DNA of 64,000 nucleotides, from assembly GCF_035084215.1 (NCBI RefSeq), contig NC_090366.1:13702001-13766000 (forward strand), in the 5' to 3' direction. The notes beneath the pieces were generated by a model. The model ran no database searches. It saw nothing but the letters and a program-made list of their open reading frames with translations, and had not been told where the DNA came from. The stretch is from Heptranchias perlo. Lineage: Eukaryota. The translations under genes were made by a program, and so were the position numbers. The first letter of the stretch is position 1. Each line of letters starts with the position of its first letter. Below are positions 1 through 12,066 of this stretch, in pieces.

Positions 1-425
1 CCAACATTCCGTTGGCCTTCTTGATCACCTGCTGCACCTGCATACTAACTTTTTGATTTTCTTGCACTAGGACCCCCAGATCCCTTTGTACTGCAGTACT
101 TTCCAGTTTCTCGCCATTAAGATAATAACTTGCTCTCTGATTTTTCCTGCCAAAGTGCATCACCTCGCATTTTCCAATATTGTATTGCATCTGCCAAATC
201 TCCGCCCACTCACCCAGCCTGTCTATATCTCCTTGTAGGTTTTTTATGTCCTCCTCACTCTCTACTTTCCCTCCCATCTTTGTATCATCTGCAAACTTTG
301 ATATGTTACACTCGGTCCCCTCCTCCAAATCGTTAATATAGATTGTAAAGAGTTGGGGACCCAGCACCGACCCCTGTGGAACACCACTGGCTACTGGTTG
401 CCAGTTCGTGAATGAACCATTTATC
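1..425 (-). mobile_element. CR1 LINE reverse-transcriptase fragment
   Basis: Minus strand reads GVPQGSVLGPQLFTIYIND..KFADDTK, typical of CR1 RT. Confidence 0.8.
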
Positions 426-524
426 TGTATCCAGTCCGAGCTTGTGTGTCGCCTCAGTCCAAGTCTGGGACTGGTGTGACTCATCTATTAAATGTTTTAC
501 TCTCTTGTTCGGTCTTTTCTTTAA

Positions 525-1020
525 TTCATTCTGGGGGTGTGGGCGTCGCTGGTAAGGCCGTCATTTATTGCCCATCCCTAGCTGCCCCTTGAGAAGGTGG
601 TGGTGAGCCGCCTTCTTGAACCGCTGCAGTCCGTGTGGTGAAGGTTCTCCCACAGTGCTGTTAGGGAGGGAGTTCCAGGATTTTGACCCAGCGACGATGA
701 AGGAACGGCCGATATATCTCCAAGTCGGGATGGTGTGTGACTTGGAGGTGGGTGGTGTTCCCATGTGCCTGCTGCCCTTGTCCTGCTAGGTCGCGGGTTC
801 GGGAGGTGCTGTCGAAGAAGCCTTGGCGAGTTGCTGCAGTGCATCCTGTGGATGGTACACACTGCAGCCACGGTGCGCCGGTGGTGAAGGGAGTGAATGT
901 TTAGGGTGGTGGATGGGGTGCCAATCAAGCGGGCTGCTTTGTCCTGGATGGTGTCGAGCTTCTTGAGTGTTGTTGGAGCTGCACTCATCCAGGCAAGTGG
1001 AGAGTATTCCATCACACTCC
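525..1020 (-). mobile_element. Non-LTR retrotransposon (CR1/L2 group) 3' fragment
   Basis: ORF MEYSPLAWMSAAPTTLKKLDTIQDKAARLI is an RT C-terminus. Related copies occur at 2020-2415, 27430-27780, 47960-48280 and 49405-49555. Confidence 0.75.
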
Positions 1021-1263
1021 TTGTGGATGATAGAGGATTTGGCGATGGTAATACCATTGAATACCATGGGCTGGAGGGAATGATTAGCAGGTCTTTTCTT
1101 GGAGATGGTATTTGGGTCTAAGGGGCTATTTCAGGCCCTCACTCCTTTGAGCGCAGCTTCCCCCCTTGGCGGGGTACAGACGTTACCTCTGTCGCCAAAC
1201 TTCAGGGGTGGAGGGGAGTGGTTTAAGGCAGCTCCATTGGCTCAAACACCTCCTCTCTTTCAG

Positions 1264-4200
1264 ATTCTCCCAAGGAAACAGCGGTGAGGGTCGTCGGAGC
1301 CGAAGACAGAATAAAAGAGGGGGACAACGTAACATTATCCTGTTTCAGCAAGAGTAACCCGCCGGCCACTAGTTACAGCTGGTTCAGAGTCAATGGAAAC
1401 AACAAATCTGAGTTAAACGCAATCACCAAGAACATCAACCTGGGGCTTGTAACGCGGGATCACGATGCCTGGTTTTACTGCACGGCGGGAAACACACTGG
1501 GTTCCAGCAACTCCACCCCGTTCTTCGTCAGTGTGGAGTGTAAGTGTTTTACGTTTCGTGGCTGAACAGAATGGAATTCACTGAGATACAGTTCAGGGCA
1601 GGTCCTCACCGTCTCCCGTGAACCTCCCACATCTTCTCCGTGCTGGACGTTGACTCCAAGAAGTATTTAACCCTGTACCTGCCCTGGGAGTGTTTGACGG
1701 GACAGTGTAGAGGGAGCTTTACTCTGTATCTAACCCTGTACCTGCCCTGGGAGTGTTTGATGGGACAGTGTAGAGGGAGCTTTACTCTGTATCTAACCCT
1801 GTACCTGCCCTGGGAGTGTTTGATGGGACAGTGTAGAGGGAGCTTTACTCTGTATCTAACCCTGTACCTGCCCTGGGAGTGTTTGATGGGACAGTGTAGA
1901 GGGAGCTTTACTCTGTATCTAACCGGTGCTGTACCTGCCCTGGGAGTGTTTGATGGGGCAGTGTAGAGGGAGCTTTACTCTGTATCTAACCCTGTACCTG
2001 CCCTGGGAGTGTTTGATGATGAAGTTGCTGTTTGGAAGGGAGTTCCAGGATTTTGACCCAGCGACGATGAAGGAACGGACGATATATTTCCAAGTCGGGA
2101 TGGTGTGTGACTTGGAGGGGAACGTGCAGGTGGTGTTGTTCCCATGTACCTGCTGCTCTTGTCCTTCTAGGTGGTAGAGGTCGCGGGTTTGGGAGGTGCT
2201 GTCGAAGAAGCCTTGGCGAGTTGCTGCAGTGCATCCTGTGGATGGTGCACACTGCAGCCACGGTGCGCCGGTGGTGAAGGGAGTGAATGTTTAGGGTGGT
2301 GGATGGGGTGCCAATCAAGCGGGCTGCTTTGTCCTGGATGGTGTCGAGCTTCTTGAGTGTTGTTGGAGCTGCACTCATCCAGGCAAGTGGAGAGTATTCC
2401 ATCACACTCCTGACTTTCGATCAGTATATAACGTGTTTCTAATTTTGTATTTTAAAGACCCCCCTCAGAACACTCACATCAGAATGGAATTCAAAAAAGC
2501 AAATATGATTTCTCTGAGTTGTTTCAGCCAAGGCAAGCCAGCAATCCATGATTACTCCTGGTACAAGGTCTCCCAAGGAAAAGATACAGCACTGAGCCAT
2601 GTTGGTCGCACTATTACTGTTCCCCGTGGAATGGAAGGGGATATCTCCTACTACTGCAAAGCCATAAGTGTCCTGGGCAGCTCTCGATCGCCACCTGTTC
2701 GTATTCCCACCGCATGTGAGTATATTCATTTGTATTTTTAAAAATTCCGCATTTTGCCGCTGATCCAAAATGAACCGAATATCTTATTCCATAATTCCGA
2801 ATTCTGAAGACGCTCTCAGATGACAATGCTTGCATCTCAAATGATTATGGCTTCGTGTTTACAAAGAGGAACAGATGGAATCAATTCCCCATTTTGGCCT
2901 TTCAGCGCAAGAGGCCAGAATTGGAGGAGCGCAGAGATCTCGGAGGGTTGTAGGGGCAGGAGGAGGTTACAGAGATAGAGAGGGAGGGGGCAAGGAGACC
3001 ATGGAGGGATTTGAAAACAAGGATGAGAATTTTAAAATCGAGGCGTTCCCGGACCGGGTGCCAATGTAGGTCAGCGAGCACAGGGGGTGATGGGTGAACG
3101 GGACTCGGTGTGAGTTAACATACGGGGCAGCAGAGTTTTGGATGAACTGGAGTTTATGGAGAGAGGGAGATGGGAGGCCGGCCAGGAGAGCATTGAAATA
3201 GTCTCCTTTCCTCCCACGTAGTGGATGTGCAAAGATGATGGGGTAAGTTTTTGGAATTGGTGTTCCTGTCCCAGAGATTCCCCACACTACGAGGGGAAGC
3301 AATTGATGGAAACTTGTGTGGAGATCAGTGTAAGCTCTACCCCAACATGCTAACTCCCTGAACCACCCACTTTGCTGACAATCTGTATGTATAATATATA
3401 AAAAAGGTTAGGTTGGCGCACACTTCCTGTCAACATTTTTCCCATTAAAATTTCCAGTGTCAACATTTATGTCACGCCCCTCTAGTGGAGTGTGCTGGAA
3501 TTACAGACAGAATGCATGACTTTAAAATGGGCACTGAATTCTGTCTGATCACTTTGGTCCTTTAACCTGATGACTGCACTTGGTCTTGAATTCTTGCAAA
3601 TCCAGGGGAGATCGACTGTTGCTGAATTAAAAATTAAATGTCTGTGTGCACATCCTGTCAACTCGTTCAGCGATAAATTCCTACATAACCTGTAACCTCC
3701 TCCAGCCCGACAACCCTCCGAGATCTCTGCGCTCCTCCAATTCTGGCCTCTTGCCCACCCCCCGATTTCCATCGCTCCACCATTGGCGGCCGTGCCTTCA
3801 GCTGCCTGGGCCCTAAGCTCTGGAATTCCCTCCCTAAACCTCTCCGCCCCTCTCTCTCCTCCTTTAAGACGCGCCTTAAAACCGACCTCTTTGACCAAGC
3901 TTTTGGTCACCTGTCCTAATGTCTCCTCATGTGACTCGGTGTCAAGTTTTGTCTGATAATCGCTCCTGTGAAGCGCCTCGGGACGTTTTACAAAGTGAAA
4001 GGTGCTGTCTCAATGCAGGGTGTTGTTGTTGTCCACATTTATCATGGAACCTCCCTATGTAAACTTGTCACGCTGTAATTACACCCTCCCACCAGTGGTG
4101 GTGCTGCAGGAAGGCATCGTTGCAGCGTGACAAGTTCATTTTGGAAGTTTCCATTATAAATGCGGGGGTAGGAAGCTCTGATGGGAATATATGAAAATAA

Positions 4201-7200
4201 GGACAGAATAAGTGACGTTAAAATGAGGACTGACTTAACGCCTGTGTTTCCTGGTTTAATTACCCCTGCCTTCTAACCCCAGGTCAGCTGAGGAGGCACC
4301 GGAGCACGACTCATATTTTAACTATAATTTGCCCTTCGACACCTATTAAATCTAAGTTTTAAGTGTAAATATTAACAGATCTCCCCGTCCATTTCAACCT
4401 TAATTCAGATCGGGAGGGGGCTATTCAGCCCCTCGAGCCTACCCCGCCGTACAATGAGATTAGGGCTGATCTGCGCCTCAACTCCATTCACCCGCTGTTG
4501 TTCCGTATCTCTTGAGAACCCTTACCCAACAAACATCTGTCGATCTCAGGCTTGAAATTTCCAATTGACCCCCGGCCTCAACAGCTTTTTGGGGGAGAGA
4601 GTTCTCCAGATGTCCACTCCCCTTTGTGTGAAGAAGTGCTTCCCGACATCACCCCTGAATGGCCCGGCTCTAATTTTAAGGTTGTGCCCCCCTTGTTCCT
4701 GATTGTGCCTTGTAGGTTGTGGAGCATTCAGGTGATGGTAATGCCATTGAATGGCATGGGGAGGTGGTCAGACTCTTTCTTGTTACTGATGGTACTTGGG
4801 TCTGAGAGTCCACATTCCATTTGAGTACAGCTTCCCCCTCTGGGGGTTCCAAATGTTACTTTTATCACAAAACACCAGTGTGGGGGGGCCAGGGTTTAAT
4901 GCAGAACCATATTCCGTTGGCTCGAACGATTATTTTCTTTCAGATCCTCCCAAGGAAACAGCGGTGAGGGTCAGTGGGGCCGAGCAAGGAATAAAAGAGG
5001 GGGACAACGTAACATTATCCTGTTTCAGCAAGAGTAACCCGCCGGCCACTAACTACAGCTGGTTCAGGATCGACGGGAGCAATAGGACTGAGTTAAACAC
5101 AAGGACAGCGTCCATCAACCTGGGTCTTGTAACGCGGGAGCTCGATGCTTGGTTCTACTGCACGGCGGGAAACACAATGGGCTCCAGCAACTCCATCCCG
5201 TTCTTCGTCAGTGTGGAGTGTAAGTGTTTTACGTTTCGTGGCTGAACAGATAGAATTCACTGAGATACAGTTCAGGGCAGGTCCTCACCGTCTCCTGTGA
5301 ACCTCCCACATCTTCTCCGTGCTGGACGTTGACTCCAAGAAGCTCGGTCTCGCCTCTTGTGTCAAACACTCTTTTCCCCTCAACCACACCTGACTCCCAA
5401 TTCCAGCCCAAGATTTGAATCCTGCTCCTGGGGAAGATTCTCTGAACTCTTCTTGTGAAGGATACAAGGAAAAGCTTATGATTAGTTACACAGTAAAGCT
5501 CCCTCTACACTGTCCCATCAAACACTCCCAGGGCAGTTACAGTACCCCCTATCTAATCTGTGCTGCACCTGCCCTGGGAGTGTTTGATGGGACAGTATAG
5601 AGGGAGCTTTACTCTGTATCTAACCCTGTACCTGCCCTTGGAGTGTTTGATGGGACAATGCAGAGGGAGCTTTACTCTGTATCAAACCCGTGCTGTACCT
5701 GCCCTGGGAGTGTTTGATGGGACAGTGTAGAGGGAGCTTTTCTCTGTATCTAACCCGTGCTGTACCTGCCCTGGGAGTGTTTGATGGGACAGTGTAGAGG
5801 GAGCTTTTCTCTGTATCTAACCCGTGCTGTACCTGCCCTGGGAGTGTTTGATGGGACAGTGTAGAAGGAGCTTTACTCTGTATCTAACCCGTGCTGTACC
5901 TGCCCTGGGAGTATTTGATGGGACAGTGTGGAGGGAGCTTTTCTCTGACTTTAGATCAGGATTTAAGGTGTTTATAATTTTGTATTTTAAAGACCCCCCT
6001 GAAAACACACACGTCAGAATGGAATTCAAAAAAGGAAACATGATTTCTCTGAGTTGTTTCAGCCAAGGCAAGCCAGCAGCCCATGATTACTCCTGGTACA
6101 AGGTCTCCCAAGGAAAAGATACAGCACTGAGCCATGTTGATCGCACCATTACTGTTCCCCGTGGAATGGAAGGGGATATCGCCTACTACTGCAAAGCCAC
6201 AAGTGTCCTGGGCAGCTCTCGATCGCCACCTGTTCGTGTTCCCACCGAATGTGAGTATTTTCATTTTTATTAAAAAAACATTTTTATAAAAAACATTCCG
6301 CATTTTCAAAAATACACCAAATATCTTGTTCCATAATTCTTAAGAAGCTCTCAAGTGACATCACTTGAAGTACATGGTTTTGTCCTCATGAAGATGGACA
6401 GATGGGATCAATTCCCTGTTTCGACCTGTCAGTGTCGACACCCAGTGCTCCCAGGTCAGGCGGAGTAACAACAACAACTTGCATTTATATCGAGCCTTCA
6501 ATCCAGTCAAACATCGCATGGCGTTTCACAGGAACGTTATCAGGCAAGATTAGACATCGAGAGAGAGGCGGAAAGGTTTAGGGAGGGAATTGCAGAGTTT
6601 AGGGTCCAAACAGCTGAATGCACGGCTGCCAATGGTGGAGCGAAGGGAGTGGGGGTGGACAGGAGGCCAGAATTGGAGGAGCGCAGAGATCTCGGAGGGT
6701 TGAGGGCTGGAGGAGGTTACAGAGATAGGGAGGGGGGCAAAGAGCCCATGGAGGGATTTGAACACGAGGGTAAGAATTTTAAAATCAAGGCATTGCCGGA
6801 CCAGGAGCCAATGGAGCTCAGCGAGCACAGGGGGTGATGGGAGAACGGGACTTGGGTTTGATAATTGGTATAGAACGGTGTTCCAATAAATTCTGTTGGG
6901 CTCACACCCTCTGCCTGTCACTTCCATCAATCATTATGTGGGAATGCACCGTTTCCCAACTCACTCCAGCTGGGACCTTTTTTTCAGCCTCTTTCCAATC
7001 CCCTTTGAGTGAAGAAGTGCTTCCTGCTTTCACTCCTGAACGGCCGAGCTCCAATTTTAAGGTTATGCCCCCCCCTTGATTTGGACTCCCCCCACCCGCA
7101 GAAAAAGTTTCTCTCTATCTAGCCTATCAATTCCTATCAAAATCCGAAAAGAACTCTAACAAATCACCCTCAACCTTCCATATTCCAGGGAATACAAGCC

Positions 7201-10200
7201 CAGTCCATGTAATCTCTCCTCACATTTTAACCATTTAAGCCCCGGTATCATTCTGGTGAATCTGCGCTGCACCCCCTCCAAGGCCAATATGTCCTTCCCG
7301 AGGTGCGGGGTCCGGAACTGAACACAAAGCTTCAGATGAGGTCTGACCAAGGCTCTGTACAACTGAAGCATCATTTCCTCCAATTTGTATCCCAGCCTCC
7401 CTTGAGATAAAGGCCAACGTCCCAATAGGCTTGGTGACTACTTTTTGTACCTGTCTCCTGAAACTGGATAATTTAATGGGGCTGTTTCAAACATATTTTA
7501 CAGATGATGACGTCATACTACCGGAGTCAAATTGCAAACTGCATCTGACCAATACGACATGTGTTTGTGTGGTGCAATCGGATTCATCAGCTGAGGTCAC
7601 GTGGCATCTGCAAGGGAGGAGCAATGAAGTGATTGGACCAGGGGGAGGGACCTACGAGACACAGTCCATCAGGGATGGCCGCTTGGTCGCCAACAGACTC
7701 ACCATCACTGGAAGCAGCCTCACTGAGCAGATGATCAACTGCTTGGTGGAGAATTCATTAGGCCGCAACCAGAGGCAGTTAAAAATACAATCTGTCAGTG
7801 GGCAAGGTGAGTATCCACGAAAGACAAACTGTTTGGTATCAATAATCAAACCCAACATTGATCAATGTCAATAATCAAACCCAACATTGATCAATATCAA
7901 TAATCAAACCCAACATTGATCAATATCAATGATCAAACCCAAAATTGTTCAATATCAATAATCAAACCCAACATTGATCAATATCAATAATCAAACCCAT
8001 CATTGATCAATATCAATGATCAAACCCAACATTGTTCAATATCAATAATCAAAGCCATCATTGATCAATATCAATAATCAAACCCAACATTGTTCAATAT
8101 CAATAATCAGACCCATCATTGATCAATATCAATGATCAAACGCATCATTGATCAATATCAATGATCAAACCCATCATTGATCAATATCAATGATCAAACC
8201 CACCATTGATCAATACGAATAATCAAACCCAACATTGCTCAATATCAATAATCAAACCCGACATTGATCAATATCAATAATCAAACCCATCATTGATCAA
8301 TATCAATGATCAACCCCATCATTGATCAATATCAATAATCAAACCCAACATTGATCAATATCAATAATCAAACCCAACATCAATATCAACAATCAAACCC
8401 AGCACTGATCAATATCAATGATCAAACCCATCACTGATCAATATCAATGATCAAACCCATCATTGATCAATATCAATAATCAAACCCATCATTGATCAAT
8501 ATCAATAATCAAACCTAACATTGATCAATATCAATGATCAAACCCAACATTGATCAATATCAATGATCAAACCCAACATTGATCAATATCAATGATCAAA
8601 CCCACCATTGATCAATATCAATAATCAAACCCAGCATTGATCAATATCAATGATCAAACCCAACATTGATCAATATCAATGATCAAACCCAGCATTGATC
8701 AATATCAATAATCAAACCCAACATCAATATCAACAATCAAACCCAGCACTGATCAATATCAATGATCAAACCCATCACTGATCAATATCAATGATCAAAC
8801 CCATCATTGATCAATATCAATAATCAAACCCATCATTGATCAATATCAATAATCAAACCCAACATTGTTCAATATCAATAATCAAACCCAACATTGATCA
8901 ATATCAATAATCAAACCCAACATTGATCAATATCAATAATCAAAGCCATCATTGATCAATATCAATAATCAAACCCAACATTGTTCAATATCAATAATCA
9001 GACCCATCATTGATCAATAGCAATGATCAAACGCATCATTGATCAATATCAATGATCAAACCCATCATTGATCAATATCAATGATCAAACCCACCATTGA
9101 TCAATACGAATAATCAAACCCAACATTGCTCAATATCAATAATCAAACCCGACATTGATCAATATCAATAATCAAACCCATCATTGATCAATATCAATGA
9201 TCAACCCCATCATTGATCAATATCAATAATCAAACCCAACATTGATCAATATCAATAATCAAACCCAACATCAATATCAACAATCAAACCCAGCACTGAT
9301 CAATATCAATGATCAAACCCATCACTGATCAATATCAATGATCAAACCCATCATTGATCAATATCAATAATCAAACCCATCATTGATCAATATCAATAAT
9401 CAAACCTAACATTGATCAATATCAATGATCAAACCCAACATTGATCAATATCAATGATCAAACCCAACATTGATCAATATCAATGATCAAACCCACCATT
9501 GATCAATATCAATAATCAAACCCAGCATTGATCAATATCAATGATCAAACCCAACATTGATCAATATCAATGATCAAACCCAGCATTGATCAATATCAAT
9601 GATCAAACCCATCATTGATCAATATCAATGATCAAACCCAACATTGATCAATATCAATGATCTAACCCAACATTGATCAATATCAATGATCAAACCCATC
9701 ACTGATCAATATCAATGATCAGACCCATCATTGATCAATATCAATAATCAAACCCAACATTGTTCAATATCAATAATCAAACCCAACATTGATCAATATC
9801 AATAATCAAACCCAACATTGATCAATATCAATAATCAAACCCAACATTGATCAATATCAATGATCAAACCCACCATTGATCAATATCAATGATCAAACCC
9901 ACCATTGATCAATATCAATGATCAAACCCACCATTGATCAATATCAATAATCAAACCCATCATTGATCAATATCAATAATCAAACCCATCATTGATCAAT
10001 ATCAATGATCAAACCCATCATTGATCAATATCAATAATCAAACCCAACATTATTCAATATCAATAATCAAACCCGACATTGATCAATATCAATAATCAAA
10101 CCCATCATTGATCAATATCAACAATCAAACCCATCATTGATCAATATCAATAATCAAACCCAACATTGATCAATATCAAGGATCAAACCCATCATTGATC

Positions 10201-12066
10201 AATATCAAGGATCAAACCCATCATTGATCAATATCAATGATCAAACCCAACATTGATCAATATCAATGATCAAACCCAATATTGATCAATATCAATAATC
10301 AAACCCAACATTGATCAATATCAATGATCAAACCCAACATTGATCAATATCAATGATCAAACCCAACATTGATCAATATCAATGATCAAACCCATCATTG
10401 ATTAATATCAATAATCAAACCCAACATTGATCAATATCAATAATCAAACCCAACATTATTCAATATCAATAATCAAACCCATCATTGATCAATATCAACA
10501 ATCAAACCCATCATTGATCAATATCAACAATCAAACCCATCATTGATCAATATCAATGATCAAACCCATCATTGATCAATATCAATAATCAATCCCAACA
10601 TTGTTCAATATCAATAATCAAACCCGACATTGATCAATATCAATAATCAAACCCATCATTGATCAATATCAATGATCAACCCCATCATTGATCAATATCA
10701 TTAATCAAACCCAACATTGATGAATATCAACAATCAAACCCATCATTGATCAATATCAATGATCAAACCCATCACTGATCAATATCAATGTTCAAACCCA
10801 TCATTGATCAATATCAATAATCAAACCCATCATTGATCAATATCAATAATCCAACCCAACATTGATGAATATCAATGATCAAACCCATCATTGATCAATA
10901 TCAATAATCAAACACAACATTGGTCAATATCAATAATCAGACCCATCATTGATCAATATCAATGATCAAACCCATCATTGATCAATATCAATGATCAAAC
11001 CCATCATTGATCAATATCAATGATCAAACCCATCATTGATCAATATCAATAATCAAACCCAACATTGTTCAATATCAATAATCAGTCCCATCATTGATCA
11101 ATATCAATGATCAAACCCATCATTGATCAATATCAACAATCAAACCCAACATTGATCAATATCAACAATCAAACCCATCACTGATCAATATCAATGATCA
11201 AACCCATCACAGATCAATATCAATGATCAAAACCATCATTGATCAATATCAATAATCAAACCCATCATTGATCAATATCAATAATCAAACCTAACATTGA
11301 TCAATATCAATGATCAAACCCAACATTGATTAATATCAATGATCAAACCCAACATTGATCAATATCAATAATCAAACCCAACATTGATCAATATCAATAA
11401 TCAAACCCAACATTGTTCAATATCAATAATCAAACCCAACATTGATCAATATCAATAATCAAACCCAACATTGTTCAATATCAATAATCAAACCCATCAT
11501 TGATCAATATCAATGATCAAACCCATCATTGATCAATATCAATGATCAAACCCAACATTGTTCAATATCAATAATCAAACCCAACATTGATCAATATCAA
11601 TAATCAAACCCATCATTGATCAATATCAATGATCAAACCCATCATTGATCAATATCAATGATCAAACCCATCATTGATCAATATCAATGATCAAACCCAT
11701 CATTGATCAATATCAATGATCAAACCCAACATTGATCAATATCAATGATCAAACCCATCATTGATCAATATCAATGATCAAACCCAACATTGATCAATAT
11801 CAATGATCAAACCCAACATTGATCAATATCAATGATCAAACCCTGCACGGTTGGGCCTCAATTGCAGATCCAATGATCTAATTGGTCTCAAACAAGCCAA
11901 TCACAGATTGTGCCGATTGTCACACTGCTCATTTCCTTTTCTATTACAGAAGGATGAGGAAGAGACGCTGGGAATCGAAACTGACCGTTACAGGAACGTA
12001 TTTCAAGCCGATAATATCTACGAAAACTGCAATCTTGACGAGGACTCTATTTATGCAAATGTATAA
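1264..12066 (+). CDS. Siglec/CD22/MAG-like Ig-superfamily receptor, gene 1 (5' part outside window; TM exon absent)
   Basis: AG/GT-bounded phase-1 exons: 1264-1539 (C2-set, EGDNVTLSC..YSWF..DAWFYCTA), 2458-2715 (C2-set, SLSC..YSWY..YYCKA), 4944-5219, 5993-6250 and 7504-7806 (MAG-d5-type domain ESNCKLHLTNTTCVCVVQS). A phase-0 terminal exon at 11950-12066 reads KDEEE...NIYENCNLDEDSIYANV*. Confidence 0.8.
1668..2017. repeat. ~60-bp minisatellite (TAACCCTGTACCTGCCCTGGGAGTGTTTGATGGGACAGTGTAGAGGGAGCTTTACTCTGTATC)
   Basis: About 6 tandem copies; they produce the repetitive LYLPWECLMGQCRGSFT ORFs. Confidence 0.9.
2020..2415 (-). mobile_element. Non-LTR retrotransposon 3' fragment (same family as 525-1020)
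   Basis: Near-identical to 655-1020. Confidence 0.75.
3690..4031 (+). mobile_element. L2-type LINE 3' end with (TTG)n tail
   Basis: GGRAFS..LWNSLP..FKT.LKT.LF C-terminal motif and tail. Further copies at ~20240-20495, 25320-25790, 31800-32020, 39190-39425, 40140-40580, and on the minus strand at 50580-50920 and 55090-55405. Confidence 0.75.
5490..5945. repeat. Same ~60-bp minisatellite in the duplicated intron, preceded by one inverted unit
   Basis: Tandem copies at 5550-5945; reverse-complement unit at ~5490-5545. Confidence 0.88.
7838..11843. repeat. 29-bp tandem satellite (ATCAATATCAATAATCAAACCCAACATTG), about 138 copies
   Basis: Directly visible. Variant units recur at an 891-bp offset (aaagcc at 8051/8942, tacgaa at 8214/9105). 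Confidence 0.97.
11950..12066 (+). CDS. Terminal cytoplasmic exon of gene 1 with tyrosine motifs (YENC; ITIM-like SIYANV)
   Basis: Pyrimidine tract plus ttacag acceptor at 11949; open frame to TAA. S-x-Y-x-x-V fits the ITIM consensus. Confidence 0.75.
   Translation, partial: KDEEETLGIETDRYRNVFQADNIYENCNLDEDSIYANV

Noticed and set aside
7838-11843. CRISPR-like array
   Set aside because: The 29-bp units are contiguous with no unique spacers, the context is eukaryotic, and there are no cas genes.
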